DNA of 64,000 nucleotides from Escherichia coli (GTDB lineage Bacteria; Pseudomonadota; Gammaproteobacteria; Enterobacterales; Enterobacteriaceae): NCBI RefSeq assembly GCF_050920415.1, contig NZ_CP169309.1; one strand, 5' to 3'. Shown piece by piece: positions 57,061 to 64,000 of this stretch (position 1 is its first letter; each line of letters starts with the position of its first letter). The notes under the pieces were generated by a model. It saw only the letters and a program-made list of their open reading frames with translations, ran no database searches and was not told where the DNA came from. The position numbers and the translations under genes were made by a program.

Positions 57061-57483
57061 ATGAAGAAAGTAGCCGCGCTTGTTGCGCTAAGCCTGCTGA
57101 TGGCGGGATGTGTAAGTAATGACAAAATTGCTGTAACCCCAGAACAGCTACAGCATCATCGCTTTGTGCTGGAAAGCGTAAACGGTAAGCCCGTGACCAG
57201 CGATAAAAACCCGCCAGAAATCAGCTTTGGTGAAAAGATGATGATTTCCGGCAGCATGTGTAACCGCTTTAGCGGTGAAGGCAAACTGTCTAATGGTGAA
57301 CTGACAGCCAAAGGGCTGGCAATGACCCGTATGATGTGCGCTAACCCGCAGCTTAATGAACTCGATAACACCATTAGCGAAATGCTGAAAGAAGGTGCAC
57401 AAGTGGATCTGACCGCGAACCAGTTAACGCTGGCGACCGCGAAACAGACATTAACTTATAAGCTGGCGGATTTAATGAATTAA
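57061..57483 (+). CDS. hslJ: Heat-shock lipoprotein HslJ
   Basis: ORF 57049..57483 (+) begins at a TTG; ATG at 57061 gives MKKVAALVALSLLMAGC... (lipobox). Confidence 0.9.
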   Translation: MKKVAALVALSLLMAGCVSNDKIAVTPEQLQHHRFVLESVNGKPVTSDKNPPEISFGEKMMISGSMCNRFSGEGKLSNGELTAKGLAMTRMMCANPQLNELDNTISEMLKEGAQVDLTANQLTLATAKQTLTYKLADLMN

Positions 57484-57746
57484 TAGCTGCCACAGCTCCC
57501 GGCGGCAAGTGACTGTTCGCTACAGCGTTTGCCGTTGGGTAATGCACACATCCCAATCGCCGTACCATCCAGTTGACGGGCAACAGAAAGCGAACCGCCG
57601 ATCATTGCACAATTTGCTTCTCCACTACTGGACATCGACGCTTTTAAACCTGGCGCTACGTGCGCCGCAGTCGCCTGCTGAACAGGTTCACTACTACACG
57701 CCGACAATAATAAAGCGGCACACCCTACCCAAAACGCTGCTCGCAT
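57480..57746 (-). CDS. ydbJ: Lipoprotein YdbJ (DUF333), 88 aa
   Basis: ORF 57480..57746 (-); lipobox MRAAFWVGCAALLLSACSS; stop overlaps hslJ stop. Confidence 0.85.
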   Translation of the reverse strand: MRAAFWVGCAALLLSACSSEPVQQATAAHVAPGLKASMSSSGEANCAMIGGSLSVARQLDGTAIGMCALPNGKRCSEQSLAAGSCGSY

Positions 57747-58019
57747 CTTTTCTTCCTCTGATCTTCAAGCCAAACGACACCGCCATAAATAATAGGCAGC
57801 ACAGAGGGCGGCGTCGAGAGCTGTCCTGCGCGTTGCCCCGCATTTTTACTTTTTTATGGCTATTTTTTTGCCCTCTGTTTGATCAAAACATTCATTACGC
57901 TGATGTAGGGGACACAAAAGCGAAAATGCAGAAGAAAGCCATTTGCTAAAATTGAAAGATAACTACTGGGCGCGCAGCAATTTCGTGCGCCCCTCATTTG
58001 CGCAATGTAAGGGTGTCAT

Positions 58020-61000
58020 ATGATTACTATTGACGGTAATGGCGCGGTTGCTTCGGTGGCGTATCGCACCAGTGAAGTTATCGCCATCTACCCTATTACC
58101 CCCAGTTCCACGATGGCAGAACAGGCTGATGCATGGGCCGGAAACGGCTTGAAAAACGTTTGGGGAGACACACCACGCGTGGTTGAAATGCAGTCGGAAG
58201 CGGGTGCTATCGCTACCGTGCATGGTGCTTTGCAAACTGGCGCCCTCTCAACATCGTTTACGTCATCGCAGGGTTTGCTGCTGATGATCCCAACGCTGTA
58301 CAAACTGGCAGGCGAACTGACGCCGTTTGTCCTGCATGTTGCGGCTCGTACCGTTGCCACACATGCACTCTCTATTTTTGGCGATCATTCCGACGTCATG
58401 GCAGTGCGCCAGACGGGTTGCGCGATGTTGTGTGCAGCAAACGTCCAGGAGGCGCAAGACTTTGCTCTCATTTCGCACATTGCGACGCTGAAAAGTCGCG
58501 TGCCATTTATTCATTTCTTTGATGGTTTCCGCACCTCCCACGAGATCAATAAAATTGTCCCGCTGGCCGATGACACTATTCTTGAACTGATGCCGCAGGC
58601 AGAAATTGATGCTAATCGCGCCCGTGCACTAAACCCGGAACATCCGGTGATCCGCGGTACGTCCGCCAATCCTGACACTTATTTCCAGTCTCGCGAAGCC
58701 ACCAACCCATGGTACAACGCAGTCTATGACCATGTTGAACAGGCAATGAATGATTTCGCTGCCGCGACAGGTCGCCATTATCAGCCGTTTGAGTATTACG
58801 GGCATCCACAAGCGGAACGGGTGATTATCCTGATGGGCTCTGCCATCGGCACCTGTGAAGAAGTGGTTGATGAATTGCTGACCCGAGGCGAAAAAGTGGG
58901 CGTGCTAAAAGTTCGCCTGTACCGCCCCTTCTCCGCCAAACACTTACTGCAAGCATTGCCGGACTCTGTTCGGACAGTGGCGGTGCTGGATCGCACCAAG
59001 GAGCCAGGTGCGCAAGCGGAACCCCTGTACCTGGATGTAATGACCACACTGGCTGAAGCCTTTAATAATGGCGAGCGCGAAACCCTGCCCCGTGTCATCG
59101 GCGGGCGCTATGGTCTTTCATCCAAAGAATTTGGCCCGGACTGTGTACTGGCGGTATTTGCCGAGCTCAACGCGGCTAAACCGAAAGCGCGCTTTACGGT
59201 TGGTATTTACGATGATGTGACCAATCTGTCACTTCCGTTGCCGGAAAACACCCTGCCAAACTCGGCGAAACTGGAAGCCTTGTTTTATGGTCTTGGTAGT
59301 GATGGCAGCGTTTCCGCGACCAAAAACAATATCAAAATTATCGGTAATTCCACGCCGTGGTACGCACAGGGCTATTTTGTTTACGACTCCAAAAAGGCAG
59401 GCGGCCTGACGGTTTCTCACCTTCGCGTGAGCGAGCAGCCGATTCGTTCCGCTTATCTCATTTCCCAGGCTGATTTTGTTGGCTGTCACCAGTTGCAGTT
59501 TATCGACAAATATCAGATGGCTGAACGTTTAAAACCTGGCGGCATTTTCCTGCTCAACACGCCGTACAGCGCAGATGAAGTATGGTCGCGCTTGCCGCAG
59601 GAAGTTCAGGCCGTGTTAAACCAGAAAAAAGCGCGCTTCTATGTGATTAACGCGGCGAAAATCGCCCGTGAATGTGGCCTGGCGGCCCGTATTAATACCG
59701 TCATGCAGATGGCTTTTTTCCATCTGACGCAAATTCTGCCTGGCGACAGCGCCCTGGCCGAATTGCAGGGCGCGATTGCCAAAAGCTACAGCAGCAAAGG
59801 CCAGGATCTGGTGGAACGCAACTGGCAGGCTCTGGCACTGGCGCGTGAATCGGTAGAAGAAGTTCCGCTGCAGCCGGTTAATCCGCACAGCGCCAATCGA
59901 CCGCCTGTGGTTTCCGATGCTGCTCCTGATTTCGTGAAAACCGTTACCGCTGCGATGCTCGCCGGACTTGGCGATGCTCTCCCCGTTTCGGCGCTGCCGC
60001 CAGACGGCACCTGGCCGATGGGTACCACCCGCTGGGAAAAACGCAATATTGCCGAAGAGATCCCCATCTGGAAAGAGGAACTCTGTACCCAATGTAACCA
60101 CTGCGTTGCCGCTTGCCCACACTCAGCTATTCGCGCCAAAGTAGTGCCGCCTGAAGCAATGGAAAATGCCCCTGCCAGCCTGCATTCGCTGGATGTGAAA
60201 TCGCGTGATATGCGCGGGCAGAAATATGTCTTGCAGGTGGCACCGGAAGATTGCACCGGTTGTAACCTGTGCGTCGAAGTTTGCCCGGCGAAAGACCGTC
60301 AGGATCCAGAGATTAAAGCCATCAATATGATGTCGCGCCTGGAACATGTGGAAGAAGAGAAAATCAATTACGACTTCTTCCTGAATTTACCAGAAATCGA
60401 TCGCAGCAAACTGGAACGTATTGATATTCGTACATCGCAACTGATTACACCGCTGTTTGAATATTCAGGTGCTTGCTCTGGTTGTGGCGAGACGCCGTAT
60501 ATTAAATTGCTGACTCAGCTCTATGGCGATCGGATGTTGATCGCTAACGCTACGGGTTGTTCTTCAATTTATGGCGGTAACCTGCCCTCTACACCGTATA
60601 CTACCGATGCCAACGGTCGTGGACCGGCATGGGCGAACTCGCTGTTTGAAGATAACGCCGAATTTGGCCTTGGTTTCCGCCTGACGGTCGATCAACACCG
60701 TGTCCGCGTGCTGCGTCTGCTGGATCAATTTGCCGATAAAATCCCGGCGGAATTACTAACTGCGTTGAAATCAGACGCCAAGCCAGAGGTTCGTCGTGAA
60801 CAGGTTGCAGCTTTACGCCAGCAACTCAACGATGTTGCCGAAGCACATGAACTGCTACGTGATGCAGATGCACTGGTGGAAAAATCAATCTGGCTGATTG
60901 GTGGCGATGGCTGGGCTTACGATATCGGCTTTGGCGGTCTGGATCATGTATTGAGTTTGACGGAAAACGTCAACATTCTGGTGCTGGATACGCAATGCTA

Positions 61001-61544
61001 TTCCAACACCGGTGGTCAGGCGTCGAAAGCGACACCGCTGGGTGCAGTAACTAAATTTGGCGAGCACGGCAAACGTAAAGCGCGTAAAGATCTTGGCGTC
61101 AGTATGATGATGTACGGTCATGTTTATGTGGCGCAAATTTCTCTCGGCGCGCAGCTCAACCAGACAGTGAAAGCGATTCAGGAAGCAGAAGCGTATCCGG
61201 GACCATCGCTGATCATCGCTTATAGCCCGTGTGAAGAGCATGGTTACGATCTGGCACTCAGTCACGACCAGATGCGCCAACTCACTGCCACCGGCTTCTG
61301 GCCGCTATATCGCTTCGATCCACGTCGAGCCGATGAAGGCAAACTGCCGCTGGCGCTGGATTCACGCCCGCCGTCAGAAGCACTGGAAGAAACGTTACTT
61401 CACGAGCAGCGTTTCCGTCGTCTGAATTCGCAGCAGCCAGAAGTGGCAGAACAGTTATGGAAAGATGCCGCAGCTGATTTGCAAAAACGCTATGACTTCC
61501 TGGCACAAATGGCCGGAAAAGCGGAAAAAAGCAACACCGATTAA
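58020..61544 (+). CDS. pfo: Pyruvate:flavodoxin/ferredoxin oxidoreductase YdbK (Pfo)
   Basis: ORF 58020..61544 (+), 1174 aa; two 4Fe-4S CxxCxxCxxxCP motifs (CTQCNHCVAACP, CTGCNLCVEVCP); TPP-binding C-terminal domain. Confidence 0.95.
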   Translation: MITIDGNGAVASVAYRTSEVIAIYPITPSSTMAEQADAWAGNGLKNVWGDTPRVVEMQSEAGAIATVHGALQTGALSTSFTSSQGLLLMIPTLYKLAGELTPFVLHVAARTVATHALSIFGDHSDVMAVRQTGCAMLCAANVQEAQDFALISHIATLKSRVPFIHFFDGFRTSHEINKIVPLADDTILELMPQAEIDANRARALNPEHPVIRGTSANPDTYFQSREATNPWYNAVYDHVEQAMNDFAAATGRHYQPFEYYGHPQAERVIILMGSAIGTCEEVVDELLTRGEKVGVLKVRLYRPFSAKHLLQALPDSVRTVAVLDRTKEPGAQAEPLYLDVMTTLAEAFNNGERETLPRVIGGRYGLSSKEFGPDCVLAVFAELNAAKPKARFTVGIYDDVTNLSLPLPENTLPNSAKLEALFYGLGSDGSVSATKNNIKIIGNSTPWYAQGYFVYDSKKAGGLTVSHLRVSEQPIRSAYLISQADFVGCHQLQFIDKYQMAERLKPGGIFLLNTPYSADEVWSRLPQEVQAVLNQKKARFYVINAAKIARECGLAARINTVMQMAFFHLTQILPGDSALAELQGAIAKSYSSKGQDLVERNWQALALARESVEEVPLQPVNPHSANRPPVVSDAAPDFVKTVTAAMLAGLGDALPVSALPPDGTWPMGTTRWEKRNIAEEIPIWKEELCTQCNHCVAACPHSAIRAKVVPPEAMENAPASLHSLDVKSRDMRGQKYVLQVAPEDCTGCNLCVEVCPAKDRQDPEIKAINMMSRLEHVEEEKINYDFFLNLPEIDRSKLERIDIRTSQLITPLFEYSGACSGCGETPYIKLLTQLYGDRMLIANATGCSSIYGGNLPSTPYTTDANGRGPAWANSLFEDNAEFGLGFRLTVDQHRVRVLRLLDQFADKIPAELLTALKSDAKPEVRREQVAALRQQLNDVAEAHELLRDADALVEKSIWLIGGDGWAYDIGFGGLDHVLSLTENVNILVLDTQCYSNTGGQASKATPLGAVTKFGEHGKRKARKDLGVSMMMYGHVYVAQISLGAQLNQTVKAIQEAEAYPGPSLIIAYSPCEEHGYDLALSHDQMRQLTATGFWPLYRFDPRRADEGKLPLALDSRPPSEALEETLLHEQRFRRLNSQQPEVAEQLWKDAAADLQKRYDFLAQMAGKAEKSNTD

Positions 61545-61573
61545 ATGCTCTGGATAAGGATTATCCAATTCTA

Positions 61574-61682
61574 AAAAAAAGCCCGAACGACTGTTCGGGC
61601 TTGTCTTCTTATATGTTGGAAAATCAGTGGCAATGCAATGGCCCAACAGAAAATAAAATCTGTGACAATAAAGGCATATAAC
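61574..61682 (-). ncRNA. micC: Hfq-dependent sRNA MicC (regulator of ompC/ompD)
   Basis: Reverse-complement reads GTTATATGCCTTTATTGTCACAGATTTTATTTTCTGTTGGGCCATTGCATTGCCACTGATTTTCCAACATATAAGAAGACAAGCCCGAACAGTCGTTCGGGCTTTTTTTT, matching the remembered MicC; divergent from ompN; 3' hairpin doubles as the pfo terminator. Confidence 0.8.
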
Positions 61683-61909
61683 CCGCGCAGAATAACGTAT
61701 AGCAAATTAAAAGTATAATTTTTATTTTGTATGTATTATCTTCGATACATTCACCAGACTTATTATCATTTCAGAGGAATTATTTGATTAAGGTTTTACT
61801 TAAGGCGTAACAAATGATATTTATCGGCTAACTGAACTTCTCCTTTAGGATGTTTTCATTCCCCGAAATGGGGATAAAAGGCAAATAAAATAACTAAAGG
61901 ATTTATTCA

Positions 61910-63043
61910 ATGAAAAGCAAAGTACTGGCACTTTTAATTCCTGCCCTGCTCGCCGCAGGTGCTGCACATGCAGCCGAAGTTTATAATAAAGACGGCAATA
62001 AATTAGATCTGTATGGCAAAGTTGATGGCCTGCATTATTTTTCTGATAATTCAGCGAAAGATGGCGACCAGAGCTATGCGCGTCTGGGTTTTAAAGGCGA
62101 AACCCAAATTAACGATCAACTTACTGGCTACGGTCAATGGGAATACAATATTCAGGCAAACAACACTGAATCTTCAAAAAACCAGTCATGGACCCGTCTG
62201 GCATTTGCCGGACTGAAATTTGCAGATTACGGTTCTTTCGATTACGGACGTAATTATGGCGTACTGTACGACATCGAAGGCTGGACCGATATGCTGCCTG
62301 AATTTGGCGGTGACTCTTATACCAATGCAGACAACTTTATGACTGGTCGTGCCAATGGCGTCGCGACTTATCGTAACACTGATTTCTTCGGTCTGGTAAA
62401 TGGTCTGAACTTCGCGGTGCAGTATCAAGGTAACAACGAAGGAGCCAGTAATGGTCAGGAAGGCACCAACAACGGACGTGATGTTCGCCATGAAAACGGT
62501 GACGGCTGGGGTCTTTCCACAACATATGATTTAGGTATGGGCTTTAGCGCTGGTGCGGCATACACCTCTTCTGACCGCACCAATGACCAGGTTAACCATA
62601 CTGCGGCTGGTGGTGATAAAGCAGACGCGTGGACTGCTGGGCTAAAATACGATGCTAATAATATTTACCTGGCAACCATGTATTCAGAAACGCGTAATAT
62701 GACCCCGTTTGGCGACAGCGATTATGCTGTTGCAAACAAAACCCAGAACTTTGAAGTCACTGCACAGTACCAGTTTGATTTTGGTCTGCGTCCGGCAGTC
62801 TCTTTCCTGATGTCTAAAGGCCGTGACCTGCACGCTGCCGGTGGTGCAGACAACCCGGCAGGTGTTGATGATAAAGATCTGGTAAAATACGCCGATGTTG
62901 GCGCGACTTACTATTTCAATAAAAATATGTCCACCTACGTTGACTATAAAATCAACCTGTTGGATGAAGATGACAGCTTCTACGCTGCCAACGGCATCTC
63001 TACCGATGATATTGTCGCTTTAGGTCTGGTTTATCAGTTCTAA
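61910..63043 (+). CDS. ompN: Outer-membrane porin OmpN
   Basis: ORF 61910..63043 (+), 377 aa; signal peptide [21 protein letters not shown], porin-like sequence with C-terminal ...GLVYQF. Confidence 0.93.
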   Translation: MKSKVLALLIPALLAAGAAHAAEVYNKDGNKLDLYGKVDGLHYFSDNSAKDGDQSYARLGFKGETQINDQLTGYGQWEYNIQANNTESSKNQSWTRLAFAGLKFADYGSFDYGRNYGVLYDIEGWTDMLPEFGGDSYTNADNFMTGRANGVATYRNTDFFGLVNGLNFAVQYQGNNEGASNGQEGTNNGRDVRHENGDGWGLSTTYDLGMGFSAGAAYTSSDRTNDQVNHTAAGGDKADAWTAGLKYDANNIYLATMYSETRNMTPFGDSDYAVANKTQNFEVTAQYQFDFGLRPAVSFLMSKGRDLHAAGGADNPAGVDDKDLVKYADVGATYYFNKNMSTYVDYKINLLDEDDSFYAANGISTDDIVALGLVYQF

Positions 63044-63051
63044 ATCCTCCT

Positions 63052-63076
63052 GCCCGCTGTTATGGCGGGCTTTTTC
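63052..63076 (+). terminator. Rho-independent terminator of ompN
   Basis: gcccgc-tgttatg-gcgggc hairpin followed by TTTTT. Confidence 0.6.
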
Positions 63077-63102
63077 TGCTTATTCTTCCTCCTTTGATCT
63101 AA

Positions 63103-63618
<516 letters not shown>

Positions 63619-63625
63619 CACTAAC

Positions 63626-63650
63626 GCCCGCACATTGCTGCGGGCTTTTT
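63626..63650 (+). terminator. Rho-independent terminator of uspF
   Basis: gcccgca-cattgc-tgcgggc hairpin followed by TTTTT. Confidence 0.6.
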
Positions 63651-63793
63651 GATTCATTTCGCAAATGTGCTGACATTTTCCCCTCTAATCCGTACCATAC
63701 ACGCCACAGTTTTTATATCAGATTTCTTATGCTGGGCGTTCCGGCATGACGCATACTCTTCTGATGCCATATAACGAATTGAGTCGCTTTTAA

Positions 63794-64000
63794 ATGTCGC
63801 AAAATCAAGAAATTAGTAAGAAAGAACAATACAACCTGAACAAATTACAAAAACGTCTGCGTCGTAACGTGGGCGAAGCCATTGCTGACTTCAATATGAT
63901 TGAAGAAGGCGATCGCATCATGGTTTGCCTCTCCGGGGGTAAAGACAGCTATACCATGCTGGAGATTCTGCGCAATTTGCAGCAAAGCGCGCCAATCAAT
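63794..64000 (+). CDS. ttcA: tRNA 2-thiocytidine(32) synthetase TtcA, 5' portion only; gene continues beyond window end
   Basis: ATG at 63794; translation [69 protein letters not shown] contains the PP-loop SGGKDS motif. Confidence 0.9.
   Translation, partial: MSQNQEISKKEQYNLNKLQKRLRRNVGEAIADFNMIEEGDRIMVCLSGGKDSYTMLEILRNLQQSAPIN

Overview
This window is an Enterobacterial (Escherichia coli-type) chromosomal segment, collinear with but inverted relative to the K-12 region running from mcbR/curA to ttcA. I identified genes by reading the supplied ORF translations against remembered K-12 proteins; no database search was run, so all names and all K-12 comparisons are from memory. Most of the window is conserved core: curA, mnaT, ydcZ, ortT, yncL, patD, ydcSTUV, ydcR, yncJ, ydcP, sutR, ydcO, ydcL, tehAB, ydcK, rimL, ydcH, opgD, ydcJ, ydcI, trg, ydcA, cybB, gapC, aldA, ydcF, hrpA, azoR, ynbDCBA, ydbD, ydbC, ydbA, ydbL, ynbE, ydbH, ldhA, hslJ, ydbJ, pfo, ompN, uspF and the start of ttcA. 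Two sRNAs not visible in the ORF track are present: rydC (27711-27774, +) and micC (61574-61682, -). The most interesting content is two small AT-rich single-gene islets that I do not recall at these positions in K-12: a hexapeptide-repeat acetyltransferase between yncL and patD (about 3.3-4.7 kb) and an acidic 285-aa hypothetical protein between ydcF and hrpA (about 32.0-33.4 kb). Relative to K-12 the strain appears to lack the Rac prophage, the feaRB-tynA-paa cluster, the IS insertions in ydbA, insQ, hokB/sokB and hicA, while gapC and ydbA read through intact and only the 3' part of hicB remains. The ynbABCD operon is a conserved but uncharacterised putative lipid-modification pathway. I found no CRISPR array, tRNA, rRNA, integrase or transposase.
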